Positions 1 through 10,729 of a stretch of 64,000 nucleotides of DNA are shown here, piece after piece. The stretch covers positions 11,362-75,361 of the forward strand of contig CAJJAM010000017.1 in assembly GCA_905182235.1 (NCBI GenBank), read 5' to 3'. The notes below the pieces were generated by a model, which saw only the letters and a list, made by a program, of their open reading frames with translations, did no database searches and was not told the DNA's origin. The number at the start of each line of letters is the position of its first letter. The first letter of the stretch is position 1. Made by a program: the position numbers and the translations under genes. The DNA comes from SAR86 cluster bacterium SAR86B. Its GTDB lineage: Bacteria > Pseudomonadota > Gammaproteobacteria > Magnimaribacterales > Magnimaribacteraceae.

Positions 1-117
1 ATGCAAGACATGTACTCCTAAAAATAAGCTGCCATTCTATAGTCAGAGCAGATAAATACAAGTAGGCAATAGACTGGTACTGATATGTAAAAGCGTATCT
101 AAATTAAAGAATTGATT

Positions 118-2406
118 TTAAAATCTATACCTAAGTTTTACGGTGAAGTTGTCGCTCTGTGGGTCATTCCAGGGTCTCTTGTATAATTCACTTAAACCGT
201 CTTCAGTATCATCAGCTACGATTCGCCCTCCCTTGGTGTAAACAACGTACAAGTAAGCCAATGGCATAAGTTCATATCTGTATCTGACTTGAAAGGCCAA
301 CTCACTAAGCGTTATTGGAGACAAGTTGATATTTGAAGGGTTCAAGTTTCCATAGAGATCCCCTAAATAAGCCTTAGGATCCCTGGCAGTAAAAGCCACC
401 ATTTGAGCCTTAATTCTTAATTCATGTTTGTTGCCTTTAAACCATTGCATACCTGCGATAGTAGTCCTTTGTTTCTTTTCGTAAGTGCCTAAAACGTTGT
501 CTTGCAACCAATTCAGCCAGGCCTCTTCTTGGCCGTGTTTGTAAAACAAACTCAGCGAAAGTGTATCTGCAGGGGAAATACTGATATTTGCCTGATACGA
601 AGTTTGCCATCCTAAAGCAGCAGAATATCGACTGCCCTGACGACGATCAACTTCAAAACCGTACTGAAAAAAATCATCTCTTGGGCCACTGTACTCAAGT
701 TCCACCCCATATCCCTTTGGCATATTTATAAAAGGGGAAAGTGCAGATTTTCTTGTTATTCGATTATCCTTTCCAGTGGTTCTGTAAAAAACCTCTGCTT
801 TAATTTCGGAAGTATTCGTGAAAGAATTTTCTGCTGAAAAAGAAAGCCCTGATGGTTCTTTCTCAAAATTAGAAGTTGATTTAAGGCTGTATCCAATTTC
901 ATATTTTCTAGCTCTGGTAATAGAATCTTGAGAAAAATCAGTTTGTTTAATCGATGCTCTTCCACCTATCATCAACCAATCATTCCTAGCCAGATAACCC
1001 ATGTCATTTATATCAAGATTTTCATCAAAATAATAAACACCAACTCCGTTATGCCTATTCTTGCTTGGGTCGTGACCGTACCCTAAGTTAAATCCGTAGC
1101 CTGTCTCGCCGTTTACATCAGATGTAAGAACCGCTCCAGATAGCCTCCTGATGCTGGAGGGTCTGTATTCAAAATCCAGGGCATTTACCTTTGCCGTTCT
1201 ATTAATCACCGGCCTATTAACGTAAGTCCCCAAATAACCAAAGGAGAGATTATCTCTTTTCGTTCTTAATCTTGCTGCGTAAAAATCCTTGCCTTCACTA
1301 AATTTTTCGTTTGCTTCGAAGGCCCCAAGAAAACCAATGTCTACATTTTCTCCCTGTTGGGTGTACCTAAAAGCAGCATCTATATCGTTTGCTCCCTTTT
1401 GATTATCCTTACATTGTTCTTCTTCTAAGGAAAAGTCTTCAGAGCAATTGTAATCGGGTGATGCTCCAATCCTTCTTGTATTTATGACATAGAAAAATCT
1501 ATAGCCCTGAACATTAAACAGATTGTGATTTTCAGAGAAGAAAGGTCTTTTATCAGAATAAAAAGTTTCAGAAGCAGAAAAATTTACCACCACTGCATCA
1601 CTTTCCACTTGTCCAAAGTCCGGATTAAAGGCAGCATTTAATTGTCTGCTGGAATCAATCTTCCAAAAAATTTCTGCCCCTGTTTTGTTATCAACTTCTC
1701 CTTCTAGCCTGTCTTCATTTAATGTGAGATAAGGGAAATAGTCTATTTTAGAAGATTTATAGTTAGTAAAAGTAAAGTCATTAAAAGCAGATAGGTAGAT
1801 ATTTTGATAAGGACTTCCCTTGATCGTAGCGAAGACTCTGCTATAACCAGCCATCATTCTATAAAATCCTAATTTAACTTTCCTGTTAGGACCTGGTTGA
1901 GCTTTCATTGGAGCAACTGACCAGGGTATAAAAACCTCTGAATACCAAACACCTTCTCCAGTGGTTGTTGCCGATAACCAGTCTGCATCCCAATCGGTAT
2001 TCTTATCATTCTCATTTCTATAAGTTGCGTCACCTATAGAACCCCCTGAAGAAACAAAAAATTGATACCCGGTTAAACCATCGGCATCAAAATCTATCGT
2101 CACTCCATTTTTATCGGCAATGGATCTCTCGTTGTCTCTTTCGTGATTTTGAGACCTCATGCTTTCATTGGACTGATAGTTCTTATAACCTAAATAAATA
2201 CCCTTTTCTGACTCTTGGATAAGTATTACAGTCTTAAAATCAGTTACTTCATTTAATGAGTATGGAAAAACCTCATAAAATTTTGTTACCTGACTGGCAT
2301 CCTTCCATTCTGGATCATCTAAAATACCATCAACCTTTATCTCAGAAAAAATAGGCATACTGAATATTAAAAGCCATAAGCTAAATCGCAGTTTTAAAGT
2401 ATTCAT
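118..2406 (-). CDS. Exported beta-rich outer-membrane/periplasmic protein, DUF5916 / carbohydrate-binding family 9-like
   Basis: 762-aa ORF with an N-terminal signal peptide (MNTLKLRFSLWLLIFSMPIFS). The N-terminal IKVDGILDDPEWKDA...FYEVFPY motif resembles CBM9/DUF5916 proteins. The C-terminus is beta-barrel-like with alternating aromatics and ends in ...KLRYRF. The family name is from memory and was not searched. Confidence 0.55.
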   Translation of the reverse strand: MNTLKLRFSLWLLIFSMPIFSEIKVDGILDDPEWKDASQVTKFYEVFPYSLNEVTDFKTVILIQESEKGIYLGYKNYQSNESMRSQNHERDNERSIADKNGVTIDFDADGLTGYQFFVSSGGSIGDATYRNENDKNTDWDADWLSATTTGEGVWYSEVFIPWSVAPMKAQPGPNRKVKLGFYRMMAGYSRVFATIKGSPYQNIYLSAFNDFTFTNYKSSKIDYFPYLTLNEDRLEGEVDNKTGAEIFWKIDSSRQLNAAFNPDFGQVESDAVVVNFSASETFYSDKRPFFSENHNLFNVQGYRFFYVINTRRIGASPDYNCSEDFSLEEEQCKDNQKGANDIDAAFRYTQQGENVDIGFLGAFEANEKFSEGKDFYAARLRTKRDNLSFGYLGTYVNRPVINRTAKVNALDFEYRPSSIRRLSGAVLTSDVNGETGYGFNLGYGHDPSKNRHNGVGVYYFDENLDINDMGYLARNDWLMIGGRASIKQTDFSQDSITRARKYEIGYSLKSTSNFEKEPSGLSFSAENSFTNTSEIKAEVFYRTTGKDNRITRKSALSPFINMPKGYGVELEYSGPRDDFFQYGFEVDRRQGSRYSAALGWQTSYQANISISPADTLSLSLFYKHGQEEAWLNWLQDNVLGTYEKKQRTTIAGMQWFKGNKHELRIKAQMVAFTARDPKAYLGDLYGNLNPSNINLSPITLSELAFQVRYRYELMPLAYLYVVYTKGGRIVADDTEDGLSELYKRPWNDPQSDNFTVKLRYRF

Positions 2407-2413
2407 GAAACCT

Positions 2414-2812
2414 TTATTCTTTTACTTTTATGGTTATTTTTTTAGATATTAACGGACTAGAGTGCGGCACATGGAACCAATTCCCGAGAAGTAATTGCAG
2501 ATCATGATTGCCAGGTTTTAAATTTAAGGTGGTTTCTGTTTGACCTCCACCAAAATGCAAATGATTCTTGTCTGTGGGAATGGACTTAGTTAGATCAGGC
2601 AACTGCTTTACGTCTATAAGTAGATGATGATGACCGGTACCTGACTTATCAACTCCTGCTGGAGCTACTCCCATCCCTGAGAGACCAAAGACCACTCTTA
2701 CAGGATTTATAACTTCAGAGCCGTCTTTTGGTTCAATGATATACACGTACGGTTCATCGCTAAAAAGAGATACTGACAAGATAAAAATATAAAAAGTAAA
2801 CAGCTTCTTCAT
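2414..2812 (-). CDS. DUF4399 domain-containing exported protein
   Basis: 132 aa with a signal peptide. The GTGHHHLLID motif is characteristic of DUF4399. It lies 7 nt upstream of the preceding ORF on the same strand. Confidence 0.6.
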   Translation of the reverse strand: MKKLFTFYIFILSVSLFSDEPYVYIIEPKDGSEVINPVRVVFGLSGMGVAPAGVDKSGTGHHHLLIDVKQLPDLTKSIPTDKNHLHFGGGQTETTLNLKPGNHDLQLLLGNWFHVPHSSPLISKKITIKVKE

Positions 2813-2815
2813 GAA

Positions 2816-3292
2816 TTAAACTAAGTATTTTCCTGCTCCATACATCAACGGGCCTTCCTTGTTGTTATTAATGACCTCTACCACTTCTCCAAAAAAAACC
2901 GTATGGCTTGAATGGGAAAAAGAGTCAAAACAACGGCAAAAAATATTTGCACTTGATTCATTATTATAAGGTATACCTTGCATCAAAGACCACTCTTCAG
3001 AATTAAATCTAGAATCTTCATTATCAGCAGAACTACAAAGGTTGGCTAAATCTATTTGATCTTTAGCGAGAATATTAATACAAAAGAATCTTTCTTTTTC
3101 TAAGATCTGATGAATGGATGCCTCTTTATTAACACAAACTAGCATGGACGGAGGATCCAAGGATAACGAAACAACAGATGAGGCTGTCATTGCATGTTTT
3201 GTATCCTCGTATTGTGAAGAAATAACATTGACCGTGGAAGAAACTCCTCTCATAGAATTAATAAACTCTTTTTTTAATTCTGAACCTTTCAT
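2816..3292 (-). CDS. Flavin reductase family protein (FMN-binding split-barrel)
   Basis: 158 aa. The VNVISS...HAMTASSVVSLSLDPPSMLVCVNK pattern is typical of flavin reductase-like domains. It lies 3 nt from the downstream DUF4399 gene. Confidence 0.7.
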   Translation of the reverse strand: MKGSELKKEFINSMRGVSSTVNVISSQYEDTKHAMTASSVVSLSLDPPSMLVCVNKEASIHQILEKERFFCINILAKDQIDLANLCSSADNEDSRFNSEEWSLMQGIPYNNESSANIFCRCFDSFSHSSHTVFFGEVVEVINNNKEGPLMYGAGKYLV

Positions 3293-3359
3293 TGAGTGCG
3301 CACGCTAGCATGTCTTATTTTTTGTTTCCAGTTAATAGTAAAATAAATTAACCTAAATT

Positions 3360-3923
3360 ATGCCTAAGAGAAAACCACACACAAAAATTATTGGAGGGAT
3401 GCATAAAGGAACCAAGATTCCTTACAAACCGTCTGAGACTATAAGACCTACAGAAAATAGGGTAAGAGAAACACTTTTTAACTGGTTAATGCATGATATA
3501 GAAGGATCCATCTGCCTAGATATGTTTTCTGGAACAGGAGCACTTGGAATAGAAGCCCTGTCTAGAGGTGCAGATAAAGTTATTTTCTTAGAAAAAAATA
3601 AAGAACTTTGCTTAATTATAAATAACTTACTAGAAAAACTTTCCTTAACGCAAAAAGCTGAAGTTATTCATACTGACTCTTTGAAATACCCTCTGGAGAA
3701 ACTTAACTTAATATTTGATATTGTTTTCTTAGACCCCCCATTTAGAAAAGACTTTTTGAATAGTGTGTACAATAAATTCAGCAAAACTAAACTACTGCAT
3801 GAAGGTTCTTTAATCTATGTTGAATCAGAAGTAGGGTTTGAGAAGAACTTTATGTCATGGAAAGAAATTAAAAAATCAAAAGGCGGTCAAACAAGCTATA
3901 GCCTTTACAGAAATGAAAGCTAG
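3360..3923 (+). CDS. rsmD: 16S rRNA (guanine966-N2)-methyltransferase RsmD
   Basis: 187 aa with RPTENRVRETLFNWL, the SAM-binding motif DMFSGTGALGIEALSRGA, and the catalytic DPPF motif. Confidence 0.85.
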   Translation: MPKRKPHTKIIGGMHKGTKIPYKPSETIRPTENRVRETLFNWLMHDIEGSICLDMFSGTGALGIEALSRGADKVIFLEKNKELCLIINNLLEKLSLTQKAEVIHTDSLKYPLEKLNLIFDIVFLDPPFRKDFLNSVYNKFSKTKLLHEGSLIYVESEVGFEKNFMSWKEIKKSKGGQTSYSLYRNES

Positions 3924-4170
3924 ACTTTATCTTTTGGCAATAATATCTGCGGCTGTAATGGTTTTATTCACAAGTGAAAGTAATTTTTTATTGGACCCAC
4001 TGGTAATCATAGTCAATGGAAAAGAGATCAATCTATCCGGTCAGGTGATAGTCTTATTAATAGTGTCTTTGACTCTTTGCTTAATTTTAACTCTAGGTAT
4101 TTTTGATAGAGTAGTTTTATTCTTTGGAACTAAAAGTAAAAAAGAAATTGATGTAAATAAAAAAACCTGA
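3913..4170 (+). CDS. Small two-TM membrane protein, hypothetical (positional analog of the YhhL/DUF1145 gene downstream of rsmD)
   Basis: I used the internal Met (MKARLYLLAIISAAVMVLF...) of the 3838..4170 ORF. It has two hydrophobic segments and a Lys-rich tail, and its start overlaps the rsmD end by 11 nt. I saw no recognisable sequence similarity; the link to YhhL is synteny only. Confidence 0.4.
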   Translation: MKARLYLLAIISAAVMVLFTSESNFLLDPLVIIVNGKEINLSGQVIVLLIVSLTLCLILTLGIFDRVVLFFGTKSKKEIDVNKKT

Positions 4171-4174
4171 GGGT

Positions 4175-5434
4175 TTACTTCCTTTTCATTGAATCAAAAA
4201 ATTCAGCATTGGTCTTATAATCTTTCAGCTTATCAAGAACCCATTCCATGGCAGCAGTATCGTCCATTTCATTAAGTAATTTTCTAAGTATTGTTATATT
4301 TCTTAACTCTAAATCTTCTGTTAACAGGTCTTCTCTTCTTGTTCCCGTTTTGCGGATATTAATAGCTGGGAATACTCTTTTCTCTGCAATTTTTCTGTCC
4401 AAATTAATTTCTGAGTTTCCTGTTCCTTTAAACTCTTCAAAAATTACTTCATCCATACGCGAGCCTGTGTCAATCAAAGCCGTAGCTATGATAGATAAAC
4501 TGCCTCCACCTTCAATATTTCGGGCAGCACCAAAGAATCGCTTTGGTTTTTGGAGGGCATTAGCATCCACACCACCGGTTAAAATCTTACCTGAAGCTGC
4601 TTGAGTTGAATTATAAGCTCTGGCCAATCTGGTTATAGAATCCAACAATATAACAACATCGTGCTTGTGCTCAACCAACCTTCTGGCTTTATTAATTACC
4701 ATTTCAGCAACTTGAACGTGCCTTGTCGGCGCCTCATCAAAAGTGCTAGCAATTACTTCGCCTTTAACAGATCTTTTCATCTCAGTAACTTCTTCTGGTC
4801 GCTCATCCACCAATAAAACCATAATCTTACATTCAGGATTATTTCTTTCAATTGAGTGAGCGATACTCTGCAATAATAGTGTTTTACCTGCTTTAGGAGG
4901 TGAAACAATTAACGACCTTTGGCCTTTACCCGTAGGTGCAGTGAGATCAATTACTCTTGCAGATAAATCTTCAGTACTACCACTACCCAGTTCAAAAAAC
5001 ATTCTCTGATCTGGGAATAAAGGAGTTAAGTTTTCAAAAGCAACTTTATTTTTAGCCTTATCTGGATCTTCAAAATTAATTTGTTCTATTTTTAGTATTG
5101 CAAAATACCTTTCCCCGTCCTTAGGTGATCGTATCTTTCCTTTAACAGTATCCCCTGTTCTTAAGCCAAATCGCCTCACCTGACTTGGTGAAACATAAAT
5201 ATCATCCGGACCTGACAAATAAGATGAATCTGGAGATCTCAAGAAACCAAAACCGTCTTGTAAGATCTCAAGCACGCCCTCACCTTCTATATCTTCTCCG
5301 CTCTTAGCTTTACTTTTAAGAATTCCAAAAATTACGTCTTGTCTTTTGGCTTGGGAAGCATTTTCAACACCACAAGACTCACCCAGCTTGGTTAGGTCTT
5401 CTACTGGCATAGTTTTTAATTCTGATAACTGCAT
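4175..5434 (-). CDS. rho: Transcription termination factor Rho
   Basis: 419 aa with the N-terminal MQLSELK...L motif, a cold-shock-like RNA-binding domain (GFGFLR), Walker A (PPKAGKT) and conserved C-terminal motifs. trxA lies immediately upstream, as in enterobacteria. Confidence 0.97.
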   Translation of the reverse strand: MQLSELKTMPVEDLTKLGESCGVENASQAKRQDVIFGILKSKAKSGEDIEGEGVLEILQDGFGFLRSPDSSYLSGPDDIYVSPSQVRRFGLRTGDTVKGKIRSPKDGERYFAILKIEQINFEDPDKAKNKVAFENLTPLFPDQRMFFELGSGSTEDLSARVIDLTAPTGKGQRSLIVSPPKAGKTLLLQSIAHSIERNNPECKIMVLLVDERPEEVTEMKRSVKGEVIASTFDEAPTRHVQVAEMVINKARRLVEHKHDVVILLDSITRLARAYNSTQAASGKILTGGVDANALQKPKRFFGAARNIEGGGSLSIIATALIDTGSRMDEVIFEEFKGTGNSEINLDRKIAEKRVFPAINIRKTGTRREDLLTEDLELRNITILRKLLNEMDDTAAMEWVLDKLKDYKTNAEFFDSMKRK

Positions 5435-5539
5435 AAAATTCGATTAGATTATTTGAAAAAGGAGGTTGCTTTGGGAAAAAATGATTTGGAACTTAAAATA
5501 ACTTAACACCCTTGTTCTGGGGCGTCTACTTATTTCTCT

Positions 5540-5860
5540 TTAGAGGTTGGATTCTATAAATTGCGTAAGTTGAGTTTTACTTAATGCTCCTACTTGTTGA
5601 GCAACTAATTCACCGCCTTTAAAAATTGCCAATGTGGGAATGCTCATGACGTTTTGTTTTGCTGCAGATGCCTGATTTGAATCTACATCCAACTTTCCTA
5701 CTTTCAATCTGTCCGAATATTCAATTGCTATTTCTTCGACTATGGGTCCAACCATTTTACAGGGCCCACACCAAGTAGCCCAATAGTCTACCAATACTGG
5801 TTTTTCTGAAGCGTCTACTTCATTTTCGAAATTGTCATCTGTTAGTGTGACAACGTTCAT
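5540..5860 (-). CDS. trxA: Thioredoxin
   Basis: 106 aa with the WCGPC active site and thioredoxin-1-like length and sequence. Confidence 0.95.
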   Translation of the reverse strand: MNVVTLTDDNFENEVDASEKPVLVDYWATWCGPCKMVGPIVEEIAIEYSDRLKVGKLDVDSNQASAAKQNVMSIPTLAIFKGGELVAQQVGALSKTQLTQFIESNL

Positions 5861-5959
5861 AAATCCTCCTTGGATATATTAATGGTAAAGTTTTCTCTAC
5901 CTCTTATTTCATTATTGAGGCTGTCTTAAACTTTTTCAAGTCCATCAAGCGAAATAAAA

Positions 5960-7627
5960 TTATGTTGTTACTGCTCCTTTAGAAGCAGAAGAAACTAAAG
6001 TTCTATATTTGCCTAAAACACCCTTCTCTATTGTGTTCTTGGGGCGCACCCATTTTTTACTTCTAGAAGCTATTTCTTGGTCAGAAATATTTAAATTTAC
6101 TTGGTTTGAATCAGCATCTATTGTTATCTCGTCACCATCTTCAACGATTGCCAGAGGTCCGCCGTCATAAGCCTCGGGTGTTATATGTCCTACTACAAAA
6201 CCATGGGTTCCACCTGAGAATCTACCGTCTGTTAGAAAGGCAACCTTATCTCCAAGTCCTTTGCCCATGATTGCTGCTGTCGGGCTTAACATCTCTCTCA
6301 TGCCAGGGCCTCCCTTAGGACCTTCATACCTTATGACAAGAACATCGTTCTGTACTATTTCTCCATTCATAATTCCTTTCATGGCATCTTCTTCTGAATC
6401 AAAAACTCGAGCTTTGCCGGTAAAGTTTGTTCCTTCCTTGCCAGAAATTTTAGCAACAGCTCCTTCGGGAGCAAGATTTCCGTATAACATTCTTAAATGA
6501 CTATCGCTCTTAATGGGTTTTTCAAAAGTATGTATTATGGATTGATCTTCGGGATAATCTTGAACTGAAACTAAATTTTCTTCCAAAGTTTTTCCCGTAA
6601 CAGTCATTTGACTTCCATCCAAGAGTTGCTTTTCTAATAAAGTACTCATCAAAGGCAAAATTCCTCCAATCTCTATTAGTTCTGACATTAAGTAATTACC
6701 GCTAGGTCTTACGTCTGCTAATACTGGAGTTCTTTTTCCAATTCTTTCAAAATCATCCATGGTCAAATCAACTTCTGCCTCATGGGCAATTGCTAATAAA
6801 TGCAACACGGCATTAGTAGAGCCACCCAATGCTATGACTACTGTAATCGCATTTTCAAAAGCTTGTTTCGTAAGAATGTCCCTAGGTCTAATGCCCAGGT
6901 TTATTAAATTACTAACCGCCTCACCGGCTGCCCTGGAATCCTCCAATTTAATCTTTGATACGGCTTCTTGGGCTGAGCTGTTAGGCAGACTCAGGCGCAT
7001 GGCTTCAATAGCAGAGGCCATGGTATTCGCTGTGTACATCCCTCCGCAGGACCCTGGTCCTGGTATCGCCTCAGATTCAATTTGGGTTAATTCAATATCA
7101 GTAATTTTACCTTCTGAATGTTGCCCCACCGCTTCAAACACTGAAACTACATCCGTTCTATTTTTTCCTGGTCTAATACTCCCGCCATAAACAAAGACTG
7201 CAGGCCTGTTTAATCTGGCAATTGCCATTAAACATCCAGGCATGTTTTTATCACAGCCACCTAAAGCAACCAGTCCATCAAACCCCTGGCCTCCAACTAC
7301 CGTTTCTATTGAGTCTGCAATTACTTCTCTTGAAACTAAGGAATATCTCATTCCTTGGGTACCCATTGAAATTCCATCTGAAACAGTAATGGTATTAAAA
7401 ATTACAGATTTTGATCCTGTTTTATCCGCTCCTTCAGCAGCAGCTTCAGCTAAAATATTGATGTGCATGTTGCATGGTGTAACCATGCTCCAAGTCGAAG
7501 CAATACCGACCTGCGGTTTAGAAAAATCTTCGTCCTCAAATCCAACAGCACGCAACATAGCTCTTGATGGAGCTTGCTCAACTCCATCAACGATAACTGA
7601 AGAATACTTTCTTTTGTTGTCCGACAT
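5960..7627 (-). CDS. ilvD: Dihydroxy-acid dehydratase
   Basis: 555 aa, IlvD/Edd family, with [26 protein letters not shown] and similar motifs. Confidence 0.95.
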   Translation of the reverse strand: MSDNKRKYSSVIVDGVEQAPSRAMLRAVGFEDEDFSKPQVGIASTWSMVTPCNMHINILAEAAAEGADKTGSKSVIFNTITVSDGISMGTQGMRYSLVSREVIADSIETVVGGQGFDGLVALGGCDKNMPGCLMAIARLNRPAVFVYGGSIRPGKNRTDVVSVFEAVGQHSEGKITDIELTQIESEAIPGPGSCGGMYTANTMASAIEAMRLSLPNSSAQEAVSKIKLEDSRAAGEAVSNLINLGIRPRDILTKQAFENAITVVIALGGSTNAVLHLLAIAHEAEVDLTMDDFERIGKRTPVLADVRPSGNYLMSELIEIGGILPLMSTLLEKQLLDGSQMTVTGKTLEENLVSVQDYPEDQSIIHTFEKPIKSDSHLRMLYGNLAPEGAVAKISGKEGTNFTGKARVFDSEEDAMKGIMNGEIVQNDVLVIRYEGPKGGPGMREMLSPTAAIMGKGLGDKVAFLTDGRFSGGTHGFVVGHITPEAYDGGPLAIVEDGDEITIDADSNQVNLNISDQEIASRSKKWVRPKNTIEKGVLGKYRTLVSSASKGAVTT

Positions 7628-7666
7628 ATTAGATAATTATAAGCGAGAAATAGCTCTAAAAGTATT

Positions 7667-9259
7667 CTAAGCTATAGCAGCTTGTAATAGCTCCTGAGTA
7701 TAAGGATGACGCGGTGAATCAAATATTTGATCTGAACTGCCCGACTCTACTACTTCACCATCTTTCATAACGTACACCAAATCAGAAAGTGCTCTGATAA
7801 CTCTCAGGTCATGACTTATGCATAAATAAGCTAATCCCAGGTCATCTTGCAATTGTGTTAACAATTTAATTATTTGCATTTGTATCGAGACATCAAGCGC
7901 AGATGTAGGTTCATCAAGCAGGATAAGCTTTGGTCTCAATATTATTGCTCTTGCGATAGCAATTCTTTGTCTTTGACCGCCAGAAAATTCATGAGGAAAT
8001 CTACTATATGCACTTTCTTCTAGCTCTACTTGCATTAAGGATTCCAGGATCTTTGATTTTCTTTCAATTAAAGATAAATTGGGTTCGTGAACGAGCAAAC
8101 CTTCTCCAATAATATCTCCAACAGTCATTCTTGGTGATAAAGAACCAAATGGGTCCTGAAATACAATCTGAAAATCTTTTTTAAGTGATCTTTTCTCTTT
8201 CTTTGTTAAGAGGTTAATATCTTTACCATCAAAGATGATTGATCCTTGTGATTGCTCCAGTCCAAGCAAACCTTTTGCTAAAGAGGACTTTCCAGAACCG
8301 GATTCTCCAACTAGTCCAGTTGTAGACCCAGGGTAAATATTTATATCAACGCCTTTAACCGCTTTAAAGTATTTTTTCTTTCTAGTTAAGAAAGATTTTC
8401 CTACTAAATAATCAATTTCTAAATTAGTGGCTTCAAGAATATTAATATTACCTGATTTTAAAATTGCTTTGGGGGTGGGAATTGAATCTAATAATTGCTT
8501 CGTGTAAGAATGCTTAGGATTAGAAAAAACTTCTTTCACGGCACCTCTTTCAACAATCTCTCCTTCTTTCATGACACACACATCGTCTGAAAATCTTTTT
8601 ACAATATTTAAGTCATGAGTGATGAAGAGAATAGACATTCCTAAATTTTCTTGAAGTTCTGATAACAAATCTAAAAGGGTTTTTTCTACCGTGACATCCA
8701 GTGCAGTTGTTGGTTCATCTGCTATCAATAGATCTGGTTCATTTGCTAAAGCCATGGCAATCATCACCCTCTGCCTTTGCCCTCCAGATAATTCATGTGG
8801 ATAAGAATAAACTTTGGTCTCAGGTTCGGTAATTTTTACTTGCTCTAAAAGAGATATTGTTTTCTTTCTCGCTTCTTTGTTTTTAAGTTTCTTATGAACT
8901 ATTAAAGTTTCATCAATTTGTACGCCTATTGGTTGGTAAGGATTTAAAGAAGTCATGGGTTCTTGAAAAATCATTGAAACAGAACTTCCTCGTATGGAAG
9001 TAAGCAATGATTTTTTAGCTCCCAACAATTCTACTTCATTGAGTTTTATGGAAGAATCTTTGCCATGTGACGCAACCGGATAAGGAAGAAGCTGAAGAAT
9101 GGAGAGTGCTGTAACCGACTTGCCCGAACCAGACTCTCCCACTAATGCCAAGGTTTTTCCTTTTTCTATCTCAAAAGAAATATCTTTAACTGCAGTAAAG
9201 GTATCTTTTTTAGACTTGAATTGAACTGACAAATTAAGGACTTCTAAAATATTATTCAT
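7667..9259 (-). CDS. ABC transporter ATP-binding protein with duplicated ATPase domains (YejF / fused DppD-DppF type)
   Basis: 530 aa with two Walker A motifs (GESGSGKS twice), two LSGGQRQR signatures and two Walker B motifs (DEPT). No permease or binding-protein genes lie next to it. Confidence 0.9.
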   Translation of the reverse strand: MNNILEVLNLSVQFKSKKDTFTAVKDISFEIEKGKTLALVGESGSGKSVTALSILQLLPYPVASHGKDSSIKLNEVELLGAKKSLLTSIRGSSVSMIFQEPMTSLNPYQPIGVQIDETLIVHKKLKNKEARKKTISLLEQVKITEPETKVYSYPHELSGGQRQRVMIAMALANEPDLLIADEPTTALDVTVEKTLLDLLSELQENLGMSILFITHDLNIVKRFSDDVCVMKEGEIVERGAVKEVFSNPKHSYTKQLLDSIPTPKAILKSGNINILEATNLEIDYLVGKSFLTRKKKYFKAVKGVDINIYPGSTTGLVGESGSGKSSLAKGLLGLEQSQGSIIFDGKDINLLTKKEKRSLKKDFQIVFQDPFGSLSPRMTVGDIIGEGLLVHEPNLSLIERKSKILESLMQVELEESAYSRFPHEFSGGQRQRIAIARAIILRPKLILLDEPTSALDVSIQMQIIKLLTQLQDDLGLAYLCISHDLRVIRALSDLVYVMKDGEVVESGSSDQIFDSPRHPYTQELLQAAIA

Positions 9260-9271
9260 TATCTTTTATTT

Positions 9272-9727
9272 TTACTTCAATTCAAAAACTACAGGCAGAC
9301 TCTGAGTGTCATTTATCACCAAGCTACATTGTACTTTATCAGTCCTAACAAACTCATCTAGACCAACGATCATTGCATGATATGAACCGGGTTTAAAGGT
9401 AAGTGCAGAACCACCTTCTATTAAGATATTTTGTACAGATTTCATTGTCATCACACCATCCCTACTAACAGAGCTAGCATGGAGAGAAACGTCTAAACCC
9501 TTGCAGATCATTGTATTTAAAACTACAGAATTACTAGAATGATTAACTAGCCTGAAATAGCCAGCAGACATCATTTGACCTTTAAGTGGTAAATTGATGT
9601 AAGGCTCATCTATAATTAGTCCTAGATTTTCATTGTTTTTAGCTGAGCAAGAAGCAATAAAAATTATAAGAATTAATAAGTAAATATAATAATGATCTTT
9701 AAAAAACTCTTCAGAAAATTGTTTCAT
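9272..9727 (-). CDS. Copper chaperone PCu(A)C family lipoprotein
   Basis: 151 aa with a lipobox (IASC) and the MTM ... PGSYHAMIVGL pattern, which matches the Met/His Cu(I) motif of PCu(A)C (DUF461). Confidence 0.65.
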   Translation of the reverse strand: MKQFSEEFFKDHYYIYLLILIIFIASCSAKNNENLGLIIDEPYINLPLKGQMMSAGYFRLVNHSSNSVVLNTMICKGLDVSLHASSVSRDGVMTMKSVQNILIEGGSALTFKPGSYHAMIVGLDEFVRTDKVQCSLVINDTQSLPVVFELK

Positions 9728-10192
9728 GTATTCCTATTTACGGTCTTTTTTCTCAGCAATCCAATTCTAGGAGAAACTGAAGATACACTTAATCCATCTC
9801 TAAATAAACTGATAAAAATCTCTAATGAAATTAAAGGACCTGATGAAGCGTTTAAATTAGAAGTTGTTTACAACGAACTTAATCAAATAGAGCTCACTTG
9901 GTTAATTGACAATCAATGTTTCCTTTACAAAGATAAGTTAGAATTTTATATTTCTCCGGAGCAAAACTTTTCTTTTAGAACAAAAAATATAGCTGTTCAA
10001 CAAGATGATGTATATTTTGGAAATGTTGAAGTCTATTATCAGGAATTGAATTACGTTCTGACTGGTGATTTTAGTGAAGAAGCAATAATTGATCTAGTTT
10101 ACCAAGGATGTAACGAAAAAGGTTTTTGCTATCCTCCAATAAAGAAACAAATATTATTAAATAAATCTACGAGAGGTGTTTCATTTAATTAA
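9692..10192 (+). CDS. Stand-alone DsbD N-terminal (alpha) domain protein, periplasmic thiol-disulfide oxidoreductase
   Basis: 166 aa with a signal peptide (MIFKKLFRKLFHVFLFTVFFLS). GCNEKGFCYPP matches the redox-active C-x5-C CYPP motif of DsbD-alpha (E. coli GCADAGFCYPP). No membrane or thioredoxin-like DsbD domains follow. Confidence 0.7.
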   Translation: MIFKKLFRKLFHVFLFTVFFLSNPILGETEDTLNPSLNKLIKISNEIKGPDEAFKLEVVYNELNQIELTWLIDNQCFLYKDKLEFYISPEQNFSFRTKNIAVQQDDVYFGNVEVYYQELNYVLTGDFSEEAIIDLVYQGCNEKGFCYPPIKKQILLNKSTRGVSFN

Positions 10193-10279
10193 TATAAGAA
10201 AAGTTATAACAGTTATAGAATTGTATGTAAATTCTCTCAATTTCTTTAAATTTCGTATAAAATCAGTGTTGCGATAAAT

Positions 10280-10717
10280 ATGTCAAATTTTTTACTATTA
10301 AATGGACCAAATCTAAATCTCCTGGGTTCAAGGGAACCAGAGATATATGGAAGCACTTCGCTTGCCGATATTGAAAATAAACTCTCTGCAATATGTGCAG
10401 CAGCTAATCATTCCTTGGATTCATTTCAAAGTAATGCTGAACATGATCTTGTGAATAAAATACATGAAGCGAAAGATGTTAATGTAAATTGTATTATTTT
10501 TAATCCCGGAGCTTTTACTCACAGCAGTATAGCTCTAAGAGATGCTTTGTCCGGAATAAACATACCCTTTATAGAGGTCCATATTTCTAACATCTACAGT
10601 AGAGAAGATTTTAGGCAGAAATCATATTTATCAGATATAGCCGAGGGTGTAATCTCTGGTTTGGGGACAGAGGGCTATGAGCTAGCCCTTACGGTTGCAA
10701 TGAAAAGATTTAGTTAA
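10280..10717 (+). CDS. aroQ: Type II 3-dehydroquinate dehydratase
   Basis: 145 aa with [20 protein letters not shown] and HISNIYSRE motifs, in aroQ-accB-accC synteny. Confidence 0.93.
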   Translation: MSNFLLLNGPNLNLLGSREPEIYGSTSLADIENKLSAICAAANHSLDSFQSNAEHDLVNKIHEAKDVNVNCIIFNPGAFTHSSIALRDALSGINIPFIEVHISNIYSREDFRQKSYLSDIAEGVISGLGTEGYELALTVAMKRFS

Positions 10718-10729
10718 TTAGGAATTAAA

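Noticed and set aside
4248-4604. A 118-aa plus-strand ORF lies inside rho.
   Set aside because: It is antisense to the conserved Rho coding sequence, and its Ser/Leu-rich translation is meaningless.
5435-5539. The trxA-rho spacer could hold a terminator or attenuator.
   Set aside because: Only weak, short complementarity (CCC-N7-GGG) was seen, with no convincing stem plus U-tract. A Rho autoregulatory leader is plausible from E. coli precedent but is not supported by anything specific in this sequence.
6261-7670. Three plus-strand ORFs (6261..6500, 6759..7190, 7242..7670) lie inside ilvD.
   Set aside because: They are entirely antisense to a full-length, motif-complete IlvD. Their translations are low-complexity (Pro/Ser/Ala-rich) and match no family, as expected for shadow ORFs.
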